This document shows positions 20,250-29,753 of a stretch of DNA of 64,000 bases, in pieces. The position numbers and the translations under genes were made by a program. The notes beneath the pieces are model-generated. The model was not told the origin of the DNA. It worked only from the letters and a program-made list of their open reading frames with translations, and did not search any database. This DNA comes from Longimicrobiales bacterium (GTDB lineage: Bacteria; Gemmatimonadota; Gemmatimonadetes; Longimicrobiales; Gaopeijiaceae). Numbering within the stretch: position 1 is the first letter of the stretch; every line of letters starts with the position of its first letter. The stretch lies in contig CBDBCF010000001.1 in NCBI GenBank assembly GCA_965202985.1, forward strand, positions 1,312,001 to 1,376,000, in the 5' to 3' direction.

Positions 20250-21156
20250 GAGGTCGCGAGCGGGCGGCACGGGCGCGAGAGCGGGGGTCGCGGCGATTGC
20301 GTCCGGCGCAGCGGCTGCTGCCGTGGCAGGCGTTGCCGTCGCCGCGGAGCCGGGCGGCGCAACCCAGTGGGTGGAGGGCCCGGGCAAGGGCTGGTCGGCG
20401 CTGGCCGTGTACCACCAGGACACTCGCAACCGCTACGGCGCAGGCGGCGAGGTCCGGGCCTTCTTCGCGAGCGGCCGGGCCGCGACCACGTCCGCCTTCC
20501 TGACGACGGCCCTGGGGGTGGCGCCCGGCGTGGACGCCTGGGTCCAGTTCTCGTTCCATCGCCTTCGCTACGACGACTTCGCCGGAGAACGCTCGTCCAC
20601 CGGGGTCGGCGACATGCGCTTCTGGCTTCGGGCGGCGCCCCTTCGCTGGCTGGGTTCCCAGCTCCCCGTCGCAGTGCGAGTCGGCGCGAAGCTCCCCGTC
20701 GGCGACTTCGACGTGAATGCGGAGATCGTGCCGTTGGGCGACGGCCAGCGGGACTGGGAGGCGCTGATCGAGGCCGGCCATTCGTTCTGGCCGCGTCCTT
20801 GGTACCTGTCGGCCTGGGGCGGGTACCGCTGGCGCGAGGAAAACCGCGAGTCGCGCAAGGACTTCGGGAACGAGTTCTTCTACTTCCTGCAAGTCGGCGG
20901 GCGCTTGGCGGGACCGGTCGGCGTCAAGGTGGCGGTGGACGGCTGGAAGGGCGCGTCCGGCGTCACCGAAGGCGTTCCGATTCCCAGCTTTCGTCGCGAG
21001 CTGGTTCAGCTCCAGTCGTCTCTGACCTGGGACCTTGGACCCGGCCAGTTCGAGGTGGGCGCCCGCCGAGCCCTGCGCGGCAGGAACCTGCCCGCCGGCA
21101 CCACCTTCTTGGCCCAGTACTTCACCCGTCTGGACGCGTTCTCGGGTCGGCGTTAG
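20242..21156 (+). CDS. Putative outer-membrane beta-barrel protein
   Basis: Signal-like N-terminus, alternating aromatic strands, G.GD and LGDGQRDWE motifs; overlaps the DUF3179 stop. Confidence 0.55.
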   Translation: MSRRSRAGGTGARAGVAAIASGAAAAAVAGVAVAAEPGGATQWVEGPGKGWSALAVYHQDTRNRYGAGGEVRAFFASGRAATTSAFLTTALGVAPGVDAWVQFSFHRLRYDDFAGERSSTGVGDMRFWLRAAPLRWLGSQLPVAVRVGAKLPVGDFDVNAEIVPLGDGQRDWEALIEAGHSFWPRPWYLSAWGGYRWREENRESRKDFGNEFFYFLQVGGRLAGPVGVKVAVDGWKGASGVTEGVPIPSFRRELVQLQSSLTWDLGPGQFEVGARRALRGRNLPAGTTFLAQYFTRLDAFSGRR

Positions 21157-21245
21157 CGTCGCACGGGCACTAACGGACTACGCCGAGTACCATTGCGAGA
21201 ACGACAACGTCCGAACCCGCGTAGACCAACGAATCGACAAGCCTC

Positions 21246-21611
21246 TCAGCCGCCAAAGTCACAACTCAGTAGCTTAGGTTCCGCGAAGCGAAACATCTCT
21301 TGGCAAGCATGAAGCAAGGCCTCCGTGTCTCCGTTCGACAGCAAGTCGATTAGCGATCGTCCGCCCAAGGTTTCCGCCGGCCTGCGTACAACATCGGGGA
21401 TTTTTTCTGATCGAATGTAGTGCATTAGCAGGTCCGTAGCTTTTGCGATATCAGAAGCTCTGCTCGGATCCATGTTCAGCTTCAGCACACGACTTGCTTC
21501 GTTTGGATTCAACGCCCAGGCTTCAATTGTGACATCATATACATGACCATCTGGATCGACATGAGTGCCGTGAATGCCAGCCTTGCAAGGACGAGATGTT
21601 GCCATGTCCAT
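21246..21611 (-). CDS. Xre/MbcA/ParS-like antitoxin, probably degenerate, in a low-GC patch
   Basis: ATDLL...IPDVVRRPAETLGGRSLIDLL resembles the MbcA/ParS toxin-binding domain; AT-richer codon usage than neighbours. Confidence 0.55.
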   Translation of the reverse strand: MDMATSRPCKAGIHGTHVDPDGHVYDVTIEAWALNPNEASRVLKLNMDPSRASDIAKATDLLMHYIRSEKIPDVVRRPAETLGGRSLIDLLSNGDTEALLHACQEMFRFAEPKLLSCDFGG

Positions 21612-21842
21612 ATCCAGGATCGAGTGGGCGTCTGGTTGGTCGAGTCCGCGTCTCTGAAGAGGCAAGCTAATGCGTCGACGGCCAAAAGGGCTCAACAGGA
21701 CGAGTCGCAGACCGTTTGGGAAAGGAGCAAATGCGCCCGGCCCGGCGAGCAGAGTTGCGCAGCGGCGCGACAGGCGCGCATCCTTGGACGCTCCGGCGCT
21801 TCCTGCCGGTTCGCTAGCCATCCAACAAGGGGCGTCTCGTTC

Positions 21843-23537
21843 ATGTCTCGATTCCGTTCTGCCGTCCTGCTCGCGGCGCTTGCCGCAACCAGTGCTTGGG
21901 CGTGCCAGCCACCGGCGTCCTCGCCCGCTTCGTACGGGACCGACTTCGCCAAGGTCGCGTCCTCCGCCGCCGGAGTGGTGGCGGCCGCCCAACCGCTGGC
22001 CGCGGAGGCGGGCGCGCAGATGCTTCGGGCCGGGGGCAACGCTGCCGACGCCGCGGTGGCCGCAGCGTTCGCCGTCTCGGTGGTGGAGCCCTCCATGAAC
22101 AGCATCGGGGGGCGAACCCAGATCCTGCTCCGTCGCCCCGACGGGACGATCGCCGGCATCGACGCCACCACGCAGGCGCCCGCCACCTACGACCCGGACA
22201 CGGCTCCGCAAGCGGACTACGGCTATGCGACCGTGGGCGTTCCCGGCGCCGTCGCCGGGCTTGTCCGCCTGCTGGAAGAACACGGCACCATGACGCTGGC
22301 GCAGGTCGTGGCCCCCGCCGTCGCCTTGGCCGAGGACGGCTTTGCCCTGCTGCCGGGCGAAGCGAGGCGCCACGGCGCCGGGGCCAGCCAGCTGGCCGAG
22401 TTCCAAGGCTCCCGCGCGCACTTCCTGGACGCCGACGGGAACGCTCGCGCAGCGGGCGACGTTTTCGTCCAACCCGACTTGGCCCAAACCCTGCGGGCGA
22501 TCGCGGCGGGCGGCGCGGACGCCTTCTACCGAGGCGCCCTGGCGCAGCAGATGGCCGCCGACGTCCAAGCCCACGGCGGCGCACTCACGGAGGAAGCCCT
22601 TGCCGCGTACCAGGCTCGCAACTCGCGGATCGTGCGGGGCAGCTACCGGGGTCGCGAAGTCGTGGGCACGCACTTCCCCGCCTCGGGCGCCGTCAGCATC
22701 GGAATCCTGCATGTGCTCGAACACTTCGACATGACCTCGCTGGACGGCGACGAATGGGCGGCGCTGGTCGGCACGGCGGTCGCGCGAGTCTTCGCGCTCT
22801 CCCGCGAGAACGACACGACCGACGACGGCTCGCCCTTGACCGACAAGGCGTGGGCTGCGGAGGTGGCCGCCGGCATCGCCGTGCCCGGCGTGGAGGCGCG
22901 GGCGGCGGCGTGGCCGGGGCAAGCGGAGGCGCCCTGGGCAGACGCCGCGCACGCGTGGCCCAGCCCGGCGGGCGACGGTCACACCACGCACCTGTCCACC
23001 GCCGACGGCGCCGGCATGTACGTGTCCCTGACCCAGACGATCGGCCCCAACTTGGGCTCCAAGGTGGCCACGCCGGGACTGGGGTTCCTCTACGCCGCGA
23101 CCCTGGGCGGCTACTTGGGTCGGATGGAGCCCGGCGAAAGGGCCAGCTCCAGCATCTCGCCGCTCATGGTGCTGGAGGAAGGCGAGCCCGTGCTGGTGCT
23201 GGGCGCGGCGGGCGGCAGCCGCATCGTTTCGGCGGTCGTGCAAGCGGTGCTGCGCGTGGTGGACCAGGGCATGTCGCTGCCGGACGCGCTGGCCGCCGCC
23301 CGCGTCCATCCCGTCGAAGGGGGCATCGCCATGGAGACGTCGCCCGAGATCGGCTGGACGCCGGAGCAGGTCGCCGAAGTGGAGTCGTGGGGACTCGAGG
23401 TCGAGACGGTCGAGCGGGCCGGCGCCTTCGGTCGCATTCACGGCATCTGGGTGGACCGAACCACGGGCGTGAAGACGGGCGTGGCCGACCCGGATTGGGA
23501 AGGCGCTGCGGTCGTGCCGGACCAAAGCGGCTCATGA
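21843..23537 (+). CDS. Gamma-glutamyltransferase family lipoprotein
   Basis: Lipobox AWAC; GGNAADAAVA, VGVPG, Ntn nucleophile HTTHLS, SSISP and GAAGGSRI. Confidence 0.9.
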   Translation: MSRFRSAVLLAALAATSAWACQPPASSPASYGTDFAKVASSAAGVVAAAQPLAAEAGAQMLRAGGNAADAAVAAAFAVSVVEPSMNSIGGRTQILLRRPDGTIAGIDATTQAPATYDPDTAPQADYGYATVGVPGAVAGLVRLLEEHGTMTLAQVVAPAVALAEDGFALLPGEARRHGAGASQLAEFQGSRAHFLDADGNARAAGDVFVQPDLAQTLRAIAAGGADAFYRGALAQQMAADVQAHGGALTEEALAAYQARNSRIVRGSYRGREVVGTHFPASGAVSIGILHVLEHFDMTSLDGDEWAALVGTAVARVFALSRENDTTDDGSPLTDKAWAAEVAAGIAVPGVEARAAAWPGQAEAPWADAAHAWPSPAGDGHTTHLSTADGAGMYVSLTQTIGPNLGSKVATPGLGFLYAATLGGYLGRMEPGERASSSISPLMVLEEGEPVLVLGAAGGSRIVSAVVQAVLRVVDQGMSLPDALAAARVHPVEGGIAMETSPEIGWTPEQVAEVESWGLEVETVERAGAFGRIHGIWVDRTTGVKTGVADPDWEGAAVVPDQSGS

Positions 23538-25177
23538 AGCGCCCGAGAGCGCTAGCGGCCTCGGCGCTGGTCGCAGCTGTTGCGGCCGCCTCCCGCCGGG
23601 CACTGCTGGCCTGGGTTTCGGCACTGGCGGCAGTTTCGACGCTGGCAGGCTGCGGCAACCGCGACTCCGTCTACGACGTGCTGCTCGTGGGAGGACGCGT
23701 CCTGGACGGGTCCGGCAGTCCGCCGGTCGCAACGGACGTGGCCGTCCGCGACGGACGCATCGCGGCCGTCGGCGACCTGTCGGGTGCTTCCGCCGCCCTG
23801 CAACTGGACGTCGCGGGCTTGTACGTGGCACCCGGCTTCATCGACGTGCACTCCCACGCCGGCCCGGGCCTGGCCACCGAGGAACTGAGCCACGCCGAGC
23901 CGCTCCTGGCCCAGGGACTCGCGACGGTCGTGGTCAACCCGGACGGCGGCGGCCCGGTGGACTTGACGGAGCAGAGGGCCGCCCTGGAAGCCCACGGCTT
24001 GGGCGTCAACGCCGCGCTGCTGGTTCCCCACGGCTCCGTGCGCCGACAGGTGCTGGGCATGGAAGATCGAGCGCCGACCCCCGAAGAGCTGGACGAGATG
24101 CGGCGCCTGGTCCGCGAGGGCATGGAAGCGGGCGCATGGGGCCTCTCCTCGGGAACGTTCTACGTCCCCGGCAGCTACGCGGACAACGCCGAACTGATCG
24201 CGCTGGCGCGCGTCGCGTCCGGCTACGGCGGCGTCTACTCCAGCCACATCCGCGACGAATCCAACTACACCATCGGCGTCGAAGCGGCCGTCGAGGAAGT
24301 CGTCGAGGTGAGCCGCGAGGCCGACGTGACGGGGATCGTCACCCACGTCAAGGCGCTCGGTCCGCCGGTTTGGGGCGCGTCGACCGCCATCGTGGAGCGG
24401 ATCGAGGCCGCGCGTGCCGAAGGCCTGTCCGTCTACGCCGACCAGTATCCGTACTTGGCGTCCGCCACCGGACTGTCCGCGGCTCTGCTGCCCCGATGGT
24501 CCCAAGCGGGAGGCGCAGAGGCCTTCGAGCAACGACTTGCCGACCCCGAGGCGCGCGCCCGCATCCGCCAGGGCATGGTCGAGAACTTGGCCCGGCGCGG
24601 CGGTGCGGACCGCATACAGTTCCGGCGCTTCCAAGCCGACCCGTCGATCGAGGGCCGTCGGCTGTCGGAGGTGGCGGCGGAGCGGGGCGGCGATCCGGTG
24701 GACGTGGCCTTGGCGCTGATTCGCCAGGACGGCGGTCCCTCCATCGTCTCGTTCAACATGAGCGACGAGGACCTGTTGCGCCTCATGACCCAGGAATGGA
24801 CCATGACCTCTTCCGACGGCGGCCTCCCCCGCTTCGGCGTGGGCGTGCCCCATCCACGTTCCTACGGCGCCTTTGCCCGCAAGATCGGCAAGTTCGTCTT
24901 CGAGGACCGCGTGATCTCCTTGGGCGCAGCCGTCCGCAGCATGACCGCCCTGCCCGCCCAGGTGCTTGGCATGGAGGACCGCGGCCGCATTCGGCAGGAC
25001 ATGGTGGCCGACCTGGTCGTGTTCTCGGATTACTTCAAGGACAACGCCACCTTCGCCGAACCCCATCAGCTGTCTTCGGGAGTGGTCCACCTGTTCGTGG
25101 CCGGCGAAGCTGCCGTCCTGAACTCGTCGTTCACCGGCAGGAAAGCCGGAAGGGTGTTGGCGCTTTCGTCCCGCTAG
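23534..25177 (+). CDS. N-acyl-D-amino-acid deacylase family amidohydrolase (lipoprotein)
   Basis: Lipobox LAGC; PGFIDVHSH, SHIRDE, DQYPY, SSDG and PHPRSYG; ATGA overlap. Confidence 0.88.
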   Translation: MKRPRALAASALVAAVAAASRRALLAWVSALAAVSTLAGCGNRDSVYDVLLVGGRVLDGSGSPPVATDVAVRDGRIAAVGDLSGASAALQLDVAGLYVAPGFIDVHSHAGPGLATEELSHAEPLLAQGLATVVVNPDGGGPVDLTEQRAALEAHGLGVNAALLVPHGSVRRQVLGMEDRAPTPEELDEMRRLVREGMEAGAWGLSSGTFYVPGSYADNAELIALARVASGYGGVYSSHIRDESNYTIGVEAAVEEVVEVSREADVTGIVTHVKALGPPVWGASTAIVERIEAARAEGLSVYADQYPYLASATGLSAALLPRWSQAGGAEAFEQRLADPEARARIRQGMVENLARRGGADRIQFRRFQADPSIEGRRLSEVAAERGGDPVDVALALIRQDGGPSIVSFNMSDEDLLRLMTQEWTMTSSDGGLPRFGVGVPHPRSYGAFARKIGKFVFEDRVISLGAAVRSMTALPAQVLGMEDRGRIRQDMVADLVVFSDYFKDNATFAEPHQLSSGVVHLFVAGEAAVLNSSFTGRKAGRVLALSSR

Positions 25178-25350
25178 CTGGTGGATGTCGTCAAGACGGC
25201 TTGACTGACACGAGGCGATTGTCTGGAGGACATCCATCGATGGGGGATCGTCGGATCGACAACGGTTGACCTTCCATTGCGCTCCCAATAGCGTTGTCGG
25301 GCGGCGAGACGGGACCACCGCAAAATCGCTTCAACCAGGGGCTAGCGCAC

Positions 25351-25653
25351 ATGTCCGAGACAAGCGTTACTTCCGATACCCAGCTCAGGCGCACGACCGC
25401 CAACTTCGTGGATGCGGAGGTCGACGACGAGCTGGTGTTCATGGATGTGGAAAGAGGTTCGTTCTACGGCATCAGGGACACCGGTCGGGCGACATGGGAC
25501 CTTATCAACGAAGACGGCGACTGGTGCCGGCTGGGAGAAATCGTCTCTGCGCTGTGCCGGGAATTCGAGGTAGACGAGGGAACCTGCCTTCAGGACATGG
25601 CGATCTTTCTGGGCGAGCTGGAAGAGGCTGGTCTGGTCGAACTTGCCAGATAG
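25351..25653 (+). CDS. PqqD-family RiPP recognition element (lasso B1-like)
   Basis: 100 aa; EVDDELVFMDVERGSFYGI..TG...WDLI...L..IV..L..EFEV....C..D...FL.EL...GLV pattern. Confidence 0.85.
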   Translation: MSETSVTSDTQLRRTTANFVDAEVDDELVFMDVERGSFYGIRDTGRATWDLINEDGDWCRLGEIVSALCREFEVDEGTCLQDMAIFLGELEEAGLVELAR

Positions 25654-25664
25654 AGCATCGGCGG

Positions 25665-26645
25665 ATGGGAAGCGCTGCGACGGAGCTTGACCGCTCCGAT
25701 TCCCGGCCGATGCCGGGGAAGACTGTTCCGTTCACGGTAGACGCCGACCTCGACTTGGGGACAAGCGTCGCCCCCTGGGTGCGACGCCACGGCGCCGACG
25801 TGACCATTCGGCGCGGCCCGGTGCCGGACTCGCTCGCGAACCCCGAGAGCGAAGGAGCGGCTTGGGCTTACGCGAAGGGCCGCCAGCTGATCCGCCTGCC
25901 GTGCGGACTCCGGTTGCTCGTCGAGGGCGGAGACCACATCCGGTACGCGGCGAAGCCCGGGCTTGCCGAGGCGGACATCCGGCTCTTCCTCATGGGAACC
26001 GCGTTGCCCGCGCTGGCCTTGGAGAGGGGGCTTCTTCCACTCCAAGCCAGCGCCGTGACTAGGGGAGGCGATGTGCACGCCTTCCGGGGCACCCCCGTGA
26101 CTGGCAAGTCCGTGCTGGCGGCGGCCCTGGCCGGGCGCGGGTACCCATTCTTCGCCGACGATTGCCTGATCCTTGATCCGGCCCAGTGCGACGACGGTGC
26201 ATGGTGTTGGCGCTACGACTACCTGAAGCTCCACCCGATGGGCTTGGCGCTCGTCGACCTCGACGACCGCAGGGCGAAGCGCGTCCGGGAGACCGACGGC
26301 TACGAGAAGGTGTACGCGAAGCCGGGCGAGCGGTTCCCCGGCGTCTCGGGGCGGCTCCGCACCATGTACGTGCTTCGGCGCTGGGTAGGTCCCAGCGGCG
26401 AACGCAATCCGCGCATCCGTCGCGAACGCGTGCTCGGCTCAGAGGCGGCAAGGCGTCTCTTTGGAGCCGTCCACCGGTCGTCGGTCGCCGTCGCGACCCT
26501 GGGTTACAAGGAGGTCTTCCGCCGTGCCACGACGTTCCTCCGCCACGTGGATGTGTACGACTTCTTCCAACCCGCGACCGCGGAGTGGTTTGGTCGGGGT
26601 GTTGACGCCGCTGCCGTATGGCTGTCGGCGCACGGATCGGAGTGA
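25665..26645 (+). CDS. HPr-kinase-like protein (lasso-cluster type), degenerate motifs
   Basis: FLMGT..ALAL.RG..PLQASAV, GTPVTGKS and FFADD; start uncertain (25665 or 25710). Confidence 0.7.
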   Translation: MGSAATELDRSDSRPMPGKTVPFTVDADLDLGTSVAPWVRRHGADVTIRRGPVPDSLANPESEGAAWAYAKGRQLIRLPCGLRLLVEGGDHIRYAAKPGLAEADIRLFLMGTALPALALERGLLPLQASAVTRGGDVHAFRGTPVTGKSVLAAALAGRGYPFFADDCLILDPAQCDDGAWCWRYDYLKLHPMGLALVDLDDRRAKRVRETDGYEKVYAKPGERFPGVSGRLRTMYVLRRWVGPSGERNPRIRRERVLGSEAARRLFGAVHRSSVAVATLGYKEVFRRATTFLRHVDVYDFFQPATAEWFGRGVDAAAVWLSAHGSE

Positions 26646-27538
26646 CCAAGGCGCGTTCGGTCGCCGGCCGGCATCGGATCGCATGGCTCGCGGGCCACGT
26701 AAGGTCCGGCAACACCTGGCGACGAGCGCTGCTGGCGAACTTCCTGGCAGCACGGGACGAACCCCTGCCGCTCGACGACATCGAGGCGGCGCTGCCCGGC
26801 CGCCGAACGTCCGACCGCACGGCCTTTGACGCATTGGCAGGCATCGCGTCGTCGGACTGCACCGAGGACGAAGCCGACATGGTCCGGCCGGCAGTCTACC
26901 GGGCCCAGGCTGCGCGCGCCGAGGCCGCCGGAATCCGCTTGTACTGTCAAGCTCACGACGCCTACCGCGACACGCCGTCGGGCGAAGCGCTCTTCCCCGA
27001 CGATGCCACCTGCGGGGCCATTTACGCCGTGCGGAATCCCCTCGACGTGGCCGTCTCGTGGGCGTTCTACCGGGGCCGTGAACGTTGCGAAGGCGCTACT
27101 CGGCCGCTGTGCGACCCCGACCACCACCTCCGGGGAACCGGATGGCCGCGACTGCGCGAAGTGACGTTCGACTGGTCGCGTCACGTGGAGAGCTGGCTGG
27201 CCGCCCCTTTTCCCGTGCTGCTTGTGCGTTACGAGGACCTGTTGGCCGATCCGGCGGTTCAGCTCGGCAGGATCGTCCAGTTCTTGGGGCTCGAGGGCGC
27301 CGACGACCAGACCCGGCTGCAACGGGCCGCGAACTTCGCAAGCTTCCGGAACCTGCAAGCCGACGAGGAGGAAGCCGGCTACCGGTACTACGCCGTACCG
27401 GGACGTCGGTTCTTCCGATCCGGGCGGGCGGGCGACTGGCGGAACCACCTGACGCCCGACCAAGCGCAGGAGATCGTGGACGCCCACAGGCGCGTCATGG
27501 CCAGACTCGGGTACGACGTGCCGGATTGCTCGCCGTGA
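26642..27538 (+). CDS. Sulfotransferase domain protein (Sulfotransfer_1-like)
   Basis: WLAGHVRSGNTW, YAVRNPLDVAVS, WS.HV.SW, RYEDL and FFRSGRAGDW; GTGA overlap. Confidence 0.85.
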   Translation: MTKARSVAGRHRIAWLAGHVRSGNTWRRALLANFLAARDEPLPLDDIEAALPGRRTSDRTAFDALAGIASSDCTEDEADMVRPAVYRAQAARAEAAGIRLYCQAHDAYRDTPSGEALFPDDATCGAIYAVRNPLDVAVSWAFYRGRERCEGATRPLCDPDHHLRGTGWPRLREVTFDWSRHVESWLAAPFPVLLVRYEDLLADPAVQLGRIVQFLGLEGADDQTRLQRAANFASFRNLQADEEEAGYRYYAVPGRRFFRSGRAGDWRNHLTPDQAQEIVDAHRRVMARLGYDVPDCSP

Positions 27539-27594
27539 GAGAAGCCTCTGCGCGCCACTTGATTTGACCGACCACGGTGCGTCGTCGGGGCCGC

Positions 27595-29649
27595 CTACAG
27601 TCGGCGGAACCAGACGCCCTTTGTGCGGCCGTTGGACGCGATGAAGCCGGTCACGCTTCCGTTGCCGGCGCGCTGGAACGCCACCGTGGCCAAGAAGAAT
27701 ACGGAGGCCGAGAACTCGTCGGCGTCGCGATGCCGGAGCGGGATCGGCTCCATATTCAGGTGGTGCACGACAAGCTTGCCTTCCTCCAGCTTGACTTCGT
27801 AGAAGGTCTGTAACTCTTCGGAGAAGTACCGGCCAGCATAGACTTGCAACTGCTCATCCGACAGCTCGGTCTTTGGGGTCCGGCGCATGGACATGTCCGT
27901 GCCCGCCTGCCGCAGGGTTGCGCTGTCGGTGCTGCCGTCGGGCCGGAAGTGAAAGGTGAACTCGGCTTGGGCCGCGGCGATGACGGCGGTGGAATCCGAC
28001 AACGTGCGAGCTTCGGCGCGCGGTTGGCCTGCCGCTTGGAAGTACAACCGGCCGTCTTCGGTCGCGACTTCGGCGTCCAGCGACATGCCGGCCACGTCGA
28101 CCACCCAGTCGCCGGCCACAGCCTCCATGCGTTCCGGCGACATGCCGCCGTCCCCGTCGCCTTCGTCGGCCTGCGCGTCTTCGGCGTCCTCTTCCGCCTC
28201 CAAGTCGTCCGCAAAGAACAACTCCGCGACCCGGCGTCCCAGCCCCAGGTCGAAGGCGGCGTTGTTGCTCATCACGATCACGCCGCCCTCCAGCTCCGGA
28301 AAGTAGCCCAGGTAGGCCCGGTGAGCCACGTCGCCGCCCGTGTGCGCATAAATCCTGCGGCCGCGCAGTTCGCCAACCCCCAAGCCAAGCCCGTATCCCG
28401 TGGAATCGCCGTTCTCCAGCACGGCGGTCGTGGCGATGGCCGACACCGCCTCTTCGCCGCCCAGCGTCGCGTCCCGGTAGTTGAGCATCCAGCGGACCAA
28501 GTCCTGGGCCGTGGTGTAGATGCCGCCCGCGCCTGCCGACGCAGGCAGGTCTCGCGTGGCCCGGTATCCGCCGCGCTTGTCGTGCGCGTAGCCCTGCGCG
28601 CTCCCGGGGATCACTTCGCCCTGCACCATCTTGACTCGCGTGTCGCTCATCCCCAGGGGGCCGAAGACGCGCTCTTGCATGTACTCCGAGAAAGGCTGTC
28701 CGGAGACGCGCTCCACGACCAGCGACAGCAGGATGTACCCCGTGTTGTTGTAGTTCCATTCCGTGTTCGGAAGGGCCTGAAGGTCCGGTTGGCGCTGCAC
28801 GACCTGGATCGCCTTTTCACGGGCGAAGGCGTCTTCTCCCTGGAAGCCGGTCATGGGCAACAGGTTGTATATCTCGCGGTATCCGCTGGTGTGGTTCAGG
28901 AAGCGCCGAAGCGTAACCGGCGCGCCGAAGTCCGGCAGCTCGGGGATATGCGTTCGGATGTCGTCGTCCAGCGAAAGCTTGCCTTCGGCCTGCAGCAGCA
29001 GGAGTCCCATGGCCGTGAACTGCTTGGTCACGGAGCCGATGTTGGACACGGTGACCGCTTCCCAAGGCACGCCGTGTGTCAAGTTCGCCATGCCGAAGGC
29101 CCGCACGAACGACATGTCCCCGTCCTGCACGACCGCAACGACGCCGCCGGGGCGGTCCTCCCCGTCGTAGAGGCGCATCATCTGCTCGACCCGTCCTTCC
29201 GGATCTGCGGCGATCGGCTCCATGCCCAGCACCACGATCTCGTAGCGGCCTTCCGCGCCCTGGAACGGCGCGACCTCGATGGTGTACGCGCCCGTCGCTT
29301 CGGTCTCGAACTGGAAGGGCTCGGGGCCGCGCGCCGGACCATCGAAAGTACGCAGCTCGGCCCCGCTCGGGTCCTTGACTACGACCACGACGTCCATGTC
29401 GAGCTGCCGTACCTCGCCGTAGACGAACGTGCCCGCGCCGGCGTCCACCACGTACGAGTCGCGCGAGTCGGCCGAGAGGGCGCCAGCTACCGCGACGCCG
29501 GACTGCAAGGACGTGGCCTCTTGGGGGAGAGCCCGTGCGGCCGCGGGCCAGCCGACGGTCAGAATGCACAAGGCGACGCCGGCGCGTCCAGGGGCAAGCA
29601 GCGAACGTCCAGGGGCAAGCGGCGAACAAGTCTGGTGCCGAACACGCAT
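27595..29649 (-). CDS. Serine hydrolase (class C beta-lactamase-like) with N-terminal PPC-like domain
   Basis: Signal peptide; SVTK, LNHTSG, YNN and HTGG motifs. Confidence 0.85.
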   Translation of the reverse strand: MRVRHQTCSPLAPGRSLLAPGRAGVALCILTVGWPAAARALPQEATSLQSGVAVAGALSADSRDSYVVDAGAGTFVYGEVRQLDMDVVVVVKDPSGAELRTFDGPARGPEPFQFETEATGAYTIEVAPFQGAEGRYEIVVLGMEPIAADPEGRVEQMMRLYDGEDRPGGVVAVVQDGDMSFVRAFGMANLTHGVPWEAVTVSNIGSVTKQFTAMGLLLLQAEGKLSLDDDIRTHIPELPDFGAPVTLRRFLNHTSGYREIYNLLPMTGFQGEDAFAREKAIQVVQRQPDLQALPNTEWNYNNTGYILLSLVVERVSGQPFSEYMQERVFGPLGMSDTRVKMVQGEVIPGSAQGYAHDKRGGYRATRDLPASAGAGGIYTTAQDLVRWMLNYRDATLGGEEAVSAIATTAVLENGDSTGYGLGLGVGELRGRRIYAHTGGDVAHRAYLGYFPELEGGVIVMSNNAAFDLGLGRRVAELFFADDLEAEEDAEDAQADEGDGDGGMSPERMEAVAGDWVVDVAGMSLDAEVATEDGRLYFQAAGQPRAEARTLSDSTAVIAAAQAEFTFHFRPDGSTDSATLRQAGTDMSMRRTPKTELSDEQLQVYAGRYFSEELQTFYEVKLEEGKLVVHHLNMEPIPLRHRDADEFSASVFFLATVAFQRAGNGSVTGFIASNGRTKGVWFRRL

Positions 29650-29753
29650 GTCGGGCGACCTCGGTTTCATGGGTGCGGGAGGGGCGACCGGAAGCATATG
29701 GTGCGCGAGCGCGCCGGGGCAAGAACGGCGCGACCGACGGCCGATCGCCAACT

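Noticed and set aside
21650..21735. Glycine riboswitch-like words (CTCTGAAGAG, AAGGAGCAA) upstream of the GGT gene
   Set aside because: The CTCTCAGG element and supporting stems could not be found in the right order.
25240..25269. MGDRRIDNG mini-ORF after GGAGG as a lasso precursor, or a Sec read-through into the RRE (same frame)
   Set aside because: It is only 9 aa, with no YxxP leader or Thr(-2)/core pattern, and there is no redox-motif context or recognisable SECIS for UGA recoding.
29585..29626. 21-bp duplication (SPLAPGR/SLLAPGR)
   Set aside because: It is a simple slippage duplication within a signal-peptide n-region, with no evident function.
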